A DNA stretch of 64,000 nucleotides from Nitrosopumilus sp. (GTDB taxonomy: Archaea; Thermoproteota; Nitrososphaeria; Nitrososphaerales; Nitrosopumilaceae): positions 2,391,849 to 2,455,848 of the forward strand of contig CBDBLX010000002.1 of assembly GCA_965207445.1 (NCBI GenBank), read 5' to 3'. The notes beneath the pieces were generated by a model. It had not been told where the DNA came from. It did no database searches and was given only the letters and a program-made list of their open reading frames with translations. Shown one piece after another: positions 41,632 through 52,180 of this stretch; the stretch's first letter is position 1, and every line of letters starts with the position of its first letter. Position numbers and translations under genes: made by a program.

Positions 41632-41940
41632 TTAATCGACCTGTTTCTCTTTTTTGCTCATCTGCCACCACTCATGAATCCTGTCCTGTCTATCCTCTCT
41701 TGTTTCTGCTTTTTCGTTTAGTTTGCGTCTAATATCTGATATCTGCTCTCGTGTAGCGTACAGACCGCATGTTTTGCATATAAAGTGCTTTGTAGATGGA
41801 TCAAGTTTCATAGGCTCACTAATTGCATCAAATAGTTTATAGAGTTCATCTCTACTTCTATCTTCCTCAGGAGTTTCAAGTTCATACTTTTCCTGTATTC
41901 TTTTTTTTTCCTTAAAGACACACTCGGGACAATTAGGCAT
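41632..41940 (-). CDS. Zn-ribbon hypothetical protein
   Basis: CPEC and CKTCG motifs. Confidence 0.7.
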   Translation of the reverse strand: MPNCPECVFKEKKRIQEKYELETPEEDRSRDELYKLFDAISEPMKLDPSTKHFICKTCGLYATREQISDIRRKLNEKAETREDRQDRIHEWWQMSKKEKQVD

Positions 41941-42239
41941 GTGATTTTTGCCAAATTTTTTCCTTTAAAAAGCCTTCTTGATAACATTAAACACGCAAGT
42001 AACCCATCAGTGTTAAAAATTATTTTGCATCCATAATATACAGCCACATCATATAGCCATATTATACAGCATAAATTGCAAACACTATCAAATATAACAA
42101 CTAATTAAATAGAATACATAAAAAATTAATCAAATGAAATCTAAATGGTCATACAAGTATGCAACAGACATAATTTGTAGATATTTTATATTATGATATA
42201 TGTTTTAAAATAATTCAGATTTAAAATTCGATGAGTGTG

Positions 42240-42320
42240 TAATTGTCTGGCACACTAGCTCTTATCATCATCCCTTTTGGTCAGTTCGCCCATCGAATGT
42301 ACGCTACGTGCCAGACTGTA
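42240..42320 (-). ncRNA. Candidate K-turn (C/D or H/ACA-type) small RNA
   Basis: 9-bp basal stem GTCTGGCAC/GTGCCAGAC enclosing CTGA-CC-AAAA-GG-G-ATGATGA; ACA at the stem base. Confidence 0.55.
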
Positions 42321-42350
42321 CAGGCGTACAATTCATCTTCTTATTATCTG

Positions 42351-43601
42351 TCAGTGTAACATCTCAGATGCAATCTTTGCTGCATGTTGCGCACCACACC
42401 CATCAAAATTTTTTGCAAATTCGTCTAGTTTATCTACATATTCAGATTTGTTATTCTTGATAGTATGTATAGCTTTGATTATTTGATCTGTGTTATTTGC
42501 TAAAATTCCCAAGCCATGTTCATGAGCCCATCTAATATTATTTGTATGCTCATCATATATTGGAATTCCAATTATGGGTTTTTTCTTGATCCCCATTATC
42601 TCACCCATGACAGTATGTGAACCATTTAAGACAGCATAGTCACACATCTCAAGTACCACATCCTTTTCATATTCAGAGAGAAATCCTATGTCTATCTGTA
42701 CCCAATCTATCTTTTTGTCAATAGCTTCTTTTATCGTGTATCTATTATTATTCACATCCATCACAGAATTTATCTTTGGATCATCTCTTGCATGGGAGAT
42801 CAATCTACGTTCACTATTTTTGATTTCGTCTGTGGCAAAAACGTCTTCATATCGTTTGCCTGTTCCATCATTGGTAGATTTGTTTCCAGTACGCATCCAA
42901 TAACCAAAATCACCTAATTCTAATAATTCTTTTAGATCAGTAGTTTCACATATCTGACCAGTTTTATTTATATCAACATCTGTTGCAAAATGGCCTACAT
43001 ACACTACTTTTTCCTTTAGCGAATTATTTGGAAAATTTAGGTTGTATTCACATATGGTATAAGGTGGAGGCGAGTCTGCTACTAGTATTTTAGAGGCTTT
43101 TGCTATCTGTTTTGATACAAACGAAAGAGCAGGATACAGATACGTTCGTGACTTGTACAATTTAGGTTTGAATTGATTTGTGATGAATAGACAAGGTATG
43201 CCTCTGTTCTTTGCGAGTATATTTGATCCCATATCACCATCATTTACCACTAGATCAAACTTTTGTGTGTCGTATAGTTTACGTTCCTCACGCAGATAAT
43301 TTGTAATCTGCGTTATGAGTGAAGGGTTTTTCTCTATAGGAAAGAGTATATTTGCAAGTGATTTTGAGACACTAGGTCCCATCTTACCATCGATTGGAGT
43401 TGGCATTAGTATCTCATGTATATTGGCAGTGTTATCTACAAAACGCTCGAGTAATTTTTGATATATTTTTCCCTTACTTGAATAATGAACCTCCACGTTG
43501 TATGAACTAGTCATATGTTGTGCTAATGCACGATCAAATCGCATCATTCTAGAATAATGCCCACCACCCCATGGATAGATAAACTCACCTATCTTGTACA
43601 T
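42351..43601 (-). CDS. GT-B glycosyltransferase (GT28/MJ1255-like)
   Basis: GGGHYSR, DLVVND, VVYVGH, NGSHT..GE...KKPIIGIP. Confidence 0.8.
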   Translation of the reverse strand: MYKIGEFIYPWGGGHYSRMMRFDRALAQHMTSSYNVEVHYSSKGKIYQKLLERFVDNTANIHEILMPTPIDGKMGPSVSKSLANILFPIEKNPSLITQITNYLREERKLYDTQKFDLVVNDGDMGSNILAKNRGIPCLFITNQFKPKLYKSRTYLYPALSFVSKQIAKASKILVADSPPPYTICEYNLNFPNNSLKEKVVYVGHFATDVDINKTGQICETTDLKELLELGDFGYWMRTGNKSTNDGTGKRYEDVFATDEIKNSERRLISHARDDPKINSVMDVNNNRYTIKEAIDKKIDWVQIDIGFLSEYEKDVVLEMCDYAVLNGSHTVMGEIMGIKKKPIIGIPIYDEHTNNIRWAHEHGLGILANNTDQIIKAIHTIKNNKSEYVDKLDEFAKNFDGCGAQHAAKIASEMLH

Positions 43602-43940
43602 GATATGTCAAATAATATCCCGTTTAAATTATGATCTTCGTGTGTGCTCACCCTTTCTCTAACAAAGACATATTATATTACAACAGTACGATAATTTTTA
43701 CAACTAAACCGTACAAACATAAATTGTTACAAAATATAGTAACACTAAATATTATCAATAAGAGTTCATGTATAATCAACCCATGCCTAAAATAATTATT
43801 TATGTTTTACAATAAATTAGTTTAAATGATACATGTTTTTTAATATAGTATAATATATTAGCTTGATGTAAAATCTCAATAAAATGGCGGTAGTTTTTGA
43901 CGAGTGATTACATAATGTGAAAATGACATGATAATATTGA

Positions 43941-44085
43941 TGGCATGCCACCGTACGTCAGCTGCAAAGTAGGACTCAAGGGACTGCTGATGATGATGAC
44001 ACTCATTTAGATTACCAACGTTGATGGTACTATATTCTGCTCACAGAATATAGACAGACGGGTGTTGTAATAGTCTGGCCCACTT
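43941..44085. ncRNA. Possible structured small RNA
   Basis: GC-elevated intergenic segment with CTGA/ATGATGA and hairpin CTATATTCTG-CTCA-CAGAATATAG. Confidence 0.3.
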
Positions 44086-44088
44086 TCA

Positions 44089-45291
44089 CTATTGCTTATC
44101 GTCTTTCTTCCCGCTTGGCATTTCAGTCCAACCATAACCCGCACTATTAGTTGAATCGGTAGTAGTATGCAGCATATCTAATATTTCATGGACATTGTTT
44201 TGTCCTGGCCGAATTGTGATTTTTTGAGTGTTTATGATTTGTGTTTGTGTTGGTTTGATTATAGATTCTGTATTTTTAACAATGGCAGCAGACATTATTG
44301 TCTTTTCGAGACTTTTGATTCCCGCTTGGCCCAGACTCAACTCACGCGCAATCTCATACACACTTACACCGGATCCTACCAACGGTACGATTGGAATCAT
44401 ACCATACTCAAACACATATCTCAAATATGCATCAGTCACATGTATAGGAAAGATTCCATGTGGGATTGCAAGTGCAATTCTATGGTGAACACCTTTCTTA
44501 GAGTATCGGTCCAATACAATTTGTGTAATTGCATTTACATATTTTATGTAAGATTTGCTTTTATTATCATATTTTAGATGAATGAACTCTAATCTCACTT
44601 CAACGTCCAACATTCTAGGGATCAATCGGTTGAACAATCGTACTAGATTTCGCAACTCGGTCTTTTTTTTATAAAAGATCATTATTTTAACATCGTATCC
44701 TTGACGCATACACTCAAAGCAAGATATAGCAGATAATTCGTCATATATAGCACATATTGTGTAACGCTCCTGTTGGGTCTTCTCTGTTGGCCTTCCCCAC
44801 ATAGCACCATCAGAAAATATACAGACATATGCGTTTTTTCTAGTAACATACGTATATAGCTCCTTGTCAAATTTTTCCTCTGTTCCAGGTATGGCTCCAT
44901 GTTCTTTTCTTTCTATTATCTTTGATGTGGCTGCAATTTCTGCATCTTTTGCAATATATCCCTTTGTGATTCCATCCACTCGAACCAAAAAACGCTCACC
45001 ACGCAACAACATATTACCTCCAATCGATGCAATTTTTGAGATCACTTCATCAAAATTATTGTTGATCTTTCTTGCAATAGCAACTCTACTAACTCCAAAC
45101 AACAATCCTATTGCAGATGATGCAAATACAGGATCATTTGTCTGAACCAATATTACATCACAATCGCGTTTTATGGATTGATATTGCTGTCCCCTAATTT
45201 TTAAAATGGTCTTGATATTGATTAAAAGTTGCGGAATTCTTTTTTTTGCAAATATGGCCGGAAAAACAACGACATATGATACAGTCTCCAT
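44089..45291 (-). CDS. THUMP-domain ThiI-like protein
   Basis: LI.NIK, FGVS.VA.A, F.VRV THUMP pattern; PP-loop degenerate. Confidence 0.7.
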   Translation of the reverse strand: METVSYVVVFPAIFAKKRIPQLLINIKTILKIRGQQYQSIKRDCDVILVQTNDPVFASSAIGLLFGVSRVAIARKINNNFDEVISKIASIGGNMLLRGERFLVRVDGITKGYIAKDAEIAATSKIIERKEHGAIPGTEEKFDKELYTYVTRKNAYVCIFSDGAMWGRPTEKTQQERYTICAIYDELSAISCFECMRQGYDVKIMIFYKKKTELRNLVRLFNRLIPRMLDVEVRLEFIHLKYDNKSKSYIKYVNAITQIVLDRYSKKGVHHRIALAIPHGIFPIHVTDAYLRYVFEYGMIPIVPLVGSGVSVYEIARELSLGQAGIKSLEKTIMSAAIVKNTESIIKPTQTQIINTQKITIRPGQNNVHEILDMLHTTTDSTNSAGYGWTEMPSGKKDDKQ

Positions 45292-45519
45292 TGTCAACTT
45301 TAATTGTAATATGGTTTTTAATCTAACGTTACAATACGTATAGCAAGTCATAAAATGATTTTGTGTGCAAGCTTTGCAACAAATTTAGTTAAAAGAATTT
45401 TTTAGGTGTTTTTTATTATTATGTATATATAATGTGCAAGATAATATAACAGATAATTTATACAAAACATTATATTATTTTTTGATTTGCTAATAATTTC
45501 TAGTAAGCTGTATGATCTT

Positions 45520-46140
45520 TTATATGACTTTTGTAGGTTTTTTAAGATTGTTTACCACCAATCTTATTGCATGGGGATACGCAATGTGTTCCTTTTGTAA
45601 GATACGTTTGGCAAGTGTCTCCTCAGTATCATCTTCCAATACAGGAACTGCATACTGTACTATAATGGGCCCCGTATCCACACCTTCATCTGCATAATGA
45701 ACGGTACAACCAGACCATTTAGCACCATCTTGTATGGCTTGTCTTTGTGCATGCAATCCAGGATACATAGGCAACAAAGCAGGATGTATATTCAATACGA
45801 CATACTTGTTTACCACATCAGACGGAACTATACGCATAAACCCCGCCATGCATATAATATCAGGGTTTAATTCTTTGAGTTTGATAGACAATTCCTTTTT
45901 TACATCACTTATCACACTACATGCTATTCCATGATTTTGTGCTATCACTAAACCATGTGCATCTGCAACATTTGATATTACATGTGATACACGTACATTT
46001 GGTATATTTTGCATCTCTACAGCATCAATTATTGATTTCATGTTACTGCCTCTGCCAGATATTAAAATGACTATATCGAGTATGTTTATTGGTAAATCAG
46101 TTATCTCTGATTTTGTACAATTTGTAAATGAAGAATCCAT
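45520..46140 (-). CDS. purN: Phosphoribosylglycinamide formyltransferase
   Basis: LISGRGSN, MAGFMRI, LNIHPALLP, GCTVH, DTGPII. Confidence 0.96.
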   Translation of the reverse strand: MDSSFTNCTKSEITDLPINILDIVILISGRGSNMKSIIDAVEMQNIPNVRVSHVISNVADAHGLVIAQNHGIACSVISDVKKELSIKLKELNPDIICMAGFMRIVPSDVVNKYVVLNIHPALLPMYPGLHAQRQAIQDGAKWSGCTVHYADEGVDTGPIIVQYAVPVLEDDTEETLAKRILQKEHIAYPHAIRLVVNNLKKPTKVI

Positions 46141-46191
46141 GAGACAAAAAAGATCTATTATATTATATTCGTTAAGCGGCAAACGTCAATT

Positions 46192-46434
46192 ATGACACTA
46201 CATTGTATTGATACAGATACCATATCTCAAATAGCAGCAGAGATACTTCAAAAGTCCACAGAGTGTAAAAAACCAATATATCTACACATTGTACACACAC
46301 AGGAACAAAATAATGACAAAGTACTGAAAATTTATAACGACAAACCGCCACACAACCACCCATCAATAGTAGCAACACCAAACGACACACAAAGTACAGT
46401 TGAGAATAGAGTTGCCAGATTATACAAATTATGA
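46192..46434 (+). CDS. Small hypothetical protein
   Basis: 80-aa ORF preceding cysH. Confidence 0.35.
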   Translation: MTLHCIDTDTISQIAAEILQKSTECKKPIYLHIVHTQEQNNDKVLKIYNDKPPHNHPSIVATPNDTQSTVENRVARLYKL

Positions 46435-46481
46435 TTACATAATATATTGTAATTAATATATGGTAAAGATATGACAAAAGT

Positions 46482-47198
46482 ATGAGTAAATTTACCCAAA
46501 AAGAGGTAGAAGAATTAAACGCCACAATTACTAGTGCACAAGAGGCATTACAATGGGCATCAGATAATCTGCACCCAAAGGTGGCAAAAGCATCTAGTTT
46601 TGGCGCCGAGGATGCAGTTATCATGGACTTGATGTTAAAGATAAATTCCGACTTTCGTTTTTTTACATTAGATACAGGACGTCTACCCAAAGAGACATAC
46701 GAGACGATAGATGCTGTATATAGAAGATATGGCATCAAAGTAGAAGTCTTGTTTCCAGATGCTACTCTAGTACAAGAGATGGTCAATACAAAAGGTATCA
46801 ATCTATTTTATGATAGTGTAGAAAATCGCAAGCTCTGCTGCAATATACGCAAGGTTCAGCCAATGAATAAAATGCTTACAACTCTAGATGGATGGATTAC
46901 CGGATTGCGCAGCGAGCAGACAAAATTACGTCATGCCGCTACAATGTTCCAGCTAGATGTAGCACACGACAACATACTCAAGATAAATCCTATAATAAAT
47001 TGGAGTTGGGAAGATGTTCAAAAGTACCTTAAATCACATGATGTGGTGTATAATTCACTGCTTGATAAAGGGTATCCAAGTATAGGATGTGATCCATGTA
47101 CACGACCCATAAAAGAAGGACAATCATTGCGAGATGGTAGGTGGTGGTGGGAAAATACCGGTGAGATTAAAGAATGTGGAATTCATATAGAACCATAA
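46482..47198 (+). CDS. cysH: APS/PAPS reductase (4Fe-4S type)
   Basis: SSFGAED, LDTG, CC..RKV.P, GYPSIGCDPCT, ECGIH. Confidence 0.95.
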   Translation: MSKFTQKEVEELNATITSAQEALQWASDNLHPKVAKASSFGAEDAVIMDLMLKINSDFRFFTLDTGRLPKETYETIDAVYRRYGIKVEVLFPDATLVQEMVNTKGINLFYDSVENRKLCCNIRKVQPMNKMLTTLDGWITGLRSEQTKLRHAATMFQLDVAHDNILKINPIINWSWEDVQKYLKSHDVVYNSLLDKGYPSIGCDPCTRPIKEGQSLRDGRWWWENTGEIKECGIHIEP

Positions 47199-47218
47199 TC
47201 TAAGTAAATTTGATTACA

Positions 47219-48373
47219 ATGGCGCAAAATGGAATGATCAATGCACACGGTGGCAAGCTGATAGACCGTATGGTCAAAAATACCAAAGATACAGAAAACA
47301 TGTATGCAGTGAGTATATCAGATGATTTGGCAAATGATGTCGAGAATATCGCAGACGGTATATTCAGTCCACTTGAAGGATTCTTGGACCAAGATGATGT
47401 AGAATCAGTTGTAAAGCGAGGAAGACTAGCAAATGATGTGGCATGGACTATACCCATTGTGTTGGATGCATCCAAAGATGATGCAATGGCAATAAAAGAT
47501 GCAGGAGAGGTGTTGTTGAAAAATTCACAAGGCGTAGGAATTGCAATACTGTCTGTCAATGACATATACAAATCAGCAAAAGAGGATATAGCACAAGGCG
47601 TGTATGGTGTAGTTGATACATCACATCCAGGCGTTGCATATACATTATCACTGCAAGAGTATTTTGTATCAGGTAAAATTGATTATATACAAAGACCCGA
47701 TGATAGTAAAATATCTTTGCGCTCTGACAGACAGACACCACAGCAGACACGCAAAGCATTTGAGAATGCAGGGTGGAAAACAATATGTGCATTTCAAACT
47801 AGGAACCCACCACATGTAGCACATGAAATACTGCAAAAGACATCTATTACAACACGTGATGGTGTCTTTGTAAATCCGCTTGTAGGCCGCAAAAAAAAGG
47901 GCGACTTTGTAGACGAGTTGATAATATCATGTTACAAGGAGGTGATAAAGCTATACTATCCAGAAAAACGATGTCATTTTGCAACCGTGCACACAGAGAT
48001 GAAATATGCAGGTCCAAAAGAAGCCATACATCACGCCATAATGAGGCAGAATTATGGGTGTACGCATATTATAATCGGGCGAGATCATGCAGGAGTAGGA
48101 TCCTTTTACAGTCCATTTGCAGCCCAAGAGATATTCTCAGAGTATCCTGAACTAGAAATACAACCAGTATTCTTTCCAGCATTCTTTTACTGTAATTTGT
48201 GTCTCACGTATACAAACATAAAATGTTGTCCACACGATGACAGCTCAAGAGAACAGATAAGTGGTACGATGCTCAGAGAGATGATTCAGAACCACAAGAC
48301 ACCCTCAAAATTCATTTTGCGCCCCGAAGTATCAGAGATCATATTAAAGCACCCAAATCCATTTGTAACATAA
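47219..48373 (+). CDS. sat: Sulfate adenylyltransferase
   Basis: [36 protein letters not shown]. Confidence 0.96.
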   Translation: MAQNGMINAHGGKLIDRMVKNTKDTENMYAVSISDDLANDVENIADGIFSPLEGFLDQDDVESVVKRGRLANDVAWTIPIVLDASKDDAMAIKDAGEVLLKNSQGVGIAILSVNDIYKSAKEDIAQGVYGVVDTSHPGVAYTLSLQEYFVSGKIDYIQRPDDSKISLRSDRQTPQQTRKAFENAGWKTICAFQTRNPPHVAHEILQKTSITTRDGVFVNPLVGRKKKGDFVDELIISCYKEVIKLYYPEKRCHFATVHTEMKYAGPKEAIHHAIMRQNYGCTHIIIGRDHAGVGSFYSPFAAQEIFSEYPELEIQPVFFPAFFYCNLCLTYTNIKCCPHDDSSREQISGTMLREMIQNHKTPSKFILRPEVSEIILKHPNPFVT

Positions 48374-48516
48374 ACCATATTATAAAAAATACAAAGTATC
48401 TACAGGTATAGTATCTAAAATAAATTGTTCAAAATAAGTTATCCAAAATCATACCAGAGTACAATCCAAATATTACACGTGACAACTACTTTATTCAGAT
48501 CATACTATCATATATT

Positions 48517-49311
48517 ATGGATTTTAAAGGAAAGACAGTACTTGTCACAGGGGCATCATCTGGTATAGGTAGAGAGACTGCCATACAATTTGCACGCAAA
48601 GGTGCTAATGTAATTTTGGTTGCAAGAAGAAGCGAATTATTAAAAAAGATTGCAGCAGATATAATCTCCAAGTGTGATGATCAAAATATCCGTGTCACAG
48701 CACACATGTGTGATATATCAAAAAAGGACCAAGTAACAAACATGATAAAAACAGTATTAAATGAATTTGAGAATGTGGATATTTTAGTGAATAATGCAGG
48801 ATTTGCAATTAGTGGTGCTGTCTCAAACACCTCAATTGAAGATATCGAGTCACAAATGCGCACCAATTATTTTGGTATGATATATTGCACAAAAAGTCTA
48901 CTACAGCACATGACACAACGTGGTTCTGGACATATAATCAATGTAGCATCAGTTGCTGCAAGTTTCGGGTTACCAGGAATAGCTCCGTACTGTGCATCGA
49001 AATTTGCAATGCTAGGTTTCTCAGAGGGACTCAAACATGAGTTAAAGGGGACGGGGGTCGGGGTGACGGTGGTAAGTCCCATTATGGTCAGAACTGAGTT
49101 TTTCAACCATCCATGTTTCAAGAATGTTCCGACTAATCCAGCCATGTCGCTGCACCCAAAAACAGTAGCAAAGGCGGTTCTAAAAGCAGCAAACTCTCCA
49201 AGACTCGAGATCATAGTGCCACCCATAGTCCGAGTAGCGGTATGGTTCAAGAATACATTCCCATTTTTTACAAACCCAATACTTGGGAATGTATTCAAAC
49301 GTTATATGTGA
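48517..49311 (+). CDS. Short-chain dehydrogenase/reductase
   Basis: TGASSGIG, NNAG, YCASK. Confidence 0.95.
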   Translation: MDFKGKTVLVTGASSGIGRETAIQFARKGANVILVARRSELLKKIAADIISKCDDQNIRVTAHMCDISKKDQVTNMIKTVLNEFENVDILVNNAGFAISGAVSNTSIEDIESQMRTNYFGMIYCTKSLLQHMTQRGSGHIINVASVAASFGLPGIAPYCASKFAMLGFSEGLKHELKGTGVGVTVVSPIMVRTEFFNHPCFKNVPTNPAMSLHPKTVAKAVLKAANSPRLEIIVPPIVRVAVWFKNTFPFFTNPILGNVFKRYM

Positions 49312-49382
49312 ATATTAAGTAAAGTATTAAATAAAGTATTAAATAAAGTATTAAATAAAATATTGTAAGAGTTCAAACACAA

Positions 49383-49544
49383 TTATTTTTTCTCAACATC
49401 AATATCAAACTCAGAAAATGATATGTCGGTACCACAAAAAGGGCATTTCCCACTTTTTAGCTCCGAATTATCTTTTAGAGGTTTTATCATCGTCATATGT
49501 GTAATCAATTTACCACATTTAGCACACATAATGCTTACAGACAT
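49383..49544 (-). CDS. 53-aa Zn-finger microprotein (absent from ORF track)
   Basis: MSVSIMCAKCGK...GKCPFCGTDISFSEFDIDVEKK*. Confidence 0.7.
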   Translation of the reverse strand: MSVSIMCAKCGKLITHMTMIKPLKDNSELKSGKCPFCGTDISFSEFDIDVEKK

Positions 49545-49740
49545 ATTATGATTTTAAATATTATTAGATAAAATGTTTTTTATTTGAAATAGATTAAAAA
49601 TTACATGTTCAGAACAGACTTTTAGTTAGTAAAGTATAGTTAATACAAAATTGACTAGATTCAACAATTTTAATCAACAATGTATATTTGAAAATGTTCA
49701 CATGTACAAACAAAAATATAAAATCTAGGCAGAGTTGCGA

Positions 49741-50109
49741 TCAATTATCTTTAGATATTACAATTCCGCGCTCATCAAAATCAACCACTCTAGCTCTAGT
49801 GTATACGGGCAGGTCATCAGGAGTCGCAATATTTGCCATAAACCCAGATATTCTCAGATCAGAGTTATCAACGTTCATTACAACAAATGCATATGGGGTA
49901 TATTTTTCAAATCCAGTAGGTGGGACGGTTATGATCGTGTATGTGACGATTTTTCCTTTACCATCCAACATCACTGGTTCAAACTCTTTTGCACCACATT
50001 TTTGGCAAAAGTATATGGTGCTTAAATGCAAGTATCCACATTTTGTACATTTGTGTACAAGTATCTTGCCTTGTTTAGCACAATTTTTTATCTCTTCTTT
50101 GACAGACAT
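49741..50109 (-). CDS. DUF35 Zn-ribbon/OB-fold protein (thiolase partner)
   Basis: CTKCG...CQKCG, GKIVTYT, PY. Confidence 0.9.
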   Translation of the reverse strand: MSVKEEIKNCAKQGKILVHKCTKCGYLHLSTIYFCQKCGAKEFEPVMLDGKGKIVTYTIITVPPTGFEKYTPYAFVVMNVDNSDLRISGFMANIATPDDLPVYTRARVVDFDERGIVISKDN

Positions 50110-50111
50110 CT

Positions 50112-51266
50112 TTACACACTTTCAAATATGTGAACAGCACAACTGGCACCTGTTGCACCAAAGTTGTGTGTAAGGCCTATATGAGCATCTTTAACCGTTC
50201 TCTCTCCTGCGCGTCCAGTGAGTTGATCATACACTTCAGCTACTTGCCCAACACCAGTAGCCCCAATTGGGTGTCCTTTGGACTTTAAGCCACCAGATGG
50301 ATTAATTGAAATATCAGAATTGAGACTAGTCTTCCCCTCTCGAGCTGCCTGTACACCTTGACCTTTCTCAAAAAAGCCTAAATCTTCAGTATCGACTACC
50401 TCTGCGATTGTAAAACAGTCATGAACTTCTGCAAAGTCTATATCACTAGGCCCAACGTTTGCCATCTTATACGCAGCATCAGCAGCAATTTTTGTGCTAG
50501 GAATTGTAGTTAGGTGTTCACGTCCTTGTAGTGCAGCAGGTGAGCCGCCTCGTCCAGAACCTATAACCTTGACATAATCACCACCATGTTCTTTTGCAAA
50601 CTGCTCTGAACACAAAATCACAGAACTAGCACCATCAGAAAACGGACAGCAATCAAAGAGTTTTAATGGACTTGCAATTACAGCAGACTTCATCACATCA
50701 TCTACAGTAATGCGTTTTTTCAGATGAGCCTTTGGATTCAAGATCCCATTTTCATGGTTCTTGACTGCAACATGTGCAAAGTCTTCTTCTGTTGCTCCAA
50801 ATTCAGTAATGTATGCACGTGCCATAGATGCAAAGAGTCCTGGAAATGATGCACCAGACTGCCCTTCGTAAAAATAATCAGAACAATAAGCAAAGTATGT
50901 CGTAGTCCACTCTGTACCTGTATGTGTGACCTTTTCAACACCAGTGACAACTAAACAGTCATAAAATCCTGCTGCCACATTTGCAAATGCCTCTCTAAAT
51001 GAGACAGAACCGCTACCACAAGCAGATTCAATCGATAGTGATGGTTTATCAGATATGCCCAAATTACTCATCAAGACAGGTCCAATGTGTACTTGTTTAT
51101 CTGCAACACCAAACACATTTGATATATAAGATGCCTTGATCTCTTTTGGCTCTATTCCAGCATCTTCAATTGCAGCAACAGAAGCCTGTGTAGTGATATC
51201 AGATATACTATCAGAAAGATTGCCATATTTCGTACTTCCTGCTCCAAGAACGCAAACTTGTTCCAC
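50112..51266 (-). CDS. Archaeal acetyl-CoA acetyltransferase (thiolase), GTG start
   Basis: ESACGSG, KNHEN, DGA, EVHDCF, NPSGGLKSKGHPIGATG. Confidence 0.95.
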   Translation of the reverse strand: MEQVCVLGAGSTKYGNLSDSISDITTQASVAAIEDAGIEPKEIKASYISNVFGVADKQVHIGPVLMSNLGISDKPSLSIESACGSGSVSFREAFANVAAGFYDCLVVTGVEKVTHTGTEWTTTYFAYCSDYFYEGQSGASFPGLFASMARAYITEFGATEEDFAHVAVKNHENGILNPKAHLKKRITVDDVMKSAVIASPLKLFDCCPFSDGASSVILCSEQFAKEHGGDYVKVIGSGRGGSPAALQGREHLTTIPSTKIAADAAYKMANVGPSDIDFAEVHDCFTIAEVVDTEDLGFFEKGQGVQAAREGKTSLNSDISINPSGGLKSKGHPIGATGVGQVAEVYDQLTGRAGERTVKDAHIGLTHNFGATGASCAVHIFESV

Positions 51267-51325
51267 AAAACGAATCAGAATGTTCCCTATAAAAATTGTA
51301 ATAACAGAAATTTTTACATATTTGT

Positions 51326-52180
51326 ATGGCAAAGACGACAAGAGGCAAAACCAAAGACGGCAAAAAGATGACACAAACAGTTAACAAATCTAAAACTAAA
51401 GAAAAGGCATCATCATCGCACAAAGCATCATCATCGCACAAAGCATCATCATCGCACAAAGCATCATCATCGCACAAAGCATCATCATCGCACAAAGCAT
51501 CATCATCGCACAAAGCATCATCATCGCACAAAGCATCATCATCGCACAAAGCATCATCATCGCACAAAGCATCATCATCGCACAAAGCATCATCATCGCA
51601 CAAAGCATCATCATCGCACAAAGCATCATCATCGCACAAAGCATCATCATCGCACAAAGCATCATCATCGCACAAAGCATCATCATCGCACAAAGCATCA
51701 TCATCGCACAAAGCATCATCATCGCACAAAGCATCATCACGTTCAAAATCAAAAAAACGCCAACAAAATACAGACAGACATACAGTTCAAACCATCAAAT
51801 CTGAAGCCAAGATTCTAAAAAACCAGATTCAACAGTATATGGATTCTAGTGGATACGTATCATGGTCTGCAAAAAAGCGGCAATATGCAATATTTGGCGT
51901 CAACTCAGCAAAAGACGGACTTGTTCCATGTCCAAACTGTGGCATAGGTCAACTGCATGTAATAAAGTCACCGAAAAGTGGCAAGCGTTTTATTGGATGT
52001 ACCAATTTTTATGGCGGATGTGACGCATCGTCACCCTTGTTGCAAAAAGCAAGACTACGGGCAACAAAAAAGGCATGCAGTATATGCAAATGGCCAGAAG
52101 TGATATTTCGATACTCATCAAAACAGAAATGGACCAGACAGTGTTCCAACATTGCATGTCCTACTAGATCAGATACGTAA
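51326..52180 (+). CDS. Topoisomerase-I C4 Zn-finger domain protein with KASSSH repeat N-terminus
   Basis: CPNCG.G.L...KRFIGCTNF..GC, CSICKWP, CSNIACP. Confidence 0.85.
   Translation: MAKTTRGKTKDGKKMTQTVNKSKTKEKASSSHKASSSHKASSSHKASSSHKASSSHKASSSHKASSSHKASSSHKASSSHKASSSHKASSSHKASSSHKASSSHKASSSHKASSSHKASSSHKASSSHKASSSHKASSRSKSKKRQQNTDRHTVQTIKSEAKILKNQIQQYMDSSGYVSWSAKKRQYAIFGVNSAKDGLVPCPNCGIGQLHVIKSPKSGKRFIGCTNFYGGCDASSPLLQKARLRATKKACSICKWPEVIFRYSSKQKWTRQCSNIACPTRSDT
51407..51739. repeat. 18-bp perfect tandem repeat, 18 copies plus partial
   Basis: GCATCATCATCGCACAAA x18 (51407-51730). Confidence 0.98.

Noticed and set aside
51211..51752. Minus-strand ORFs of CDDDAL or CAMMML repeats
   Set aside because: Shadow frames of the 18-bp array; the plus frame links to real Zn-finger domains
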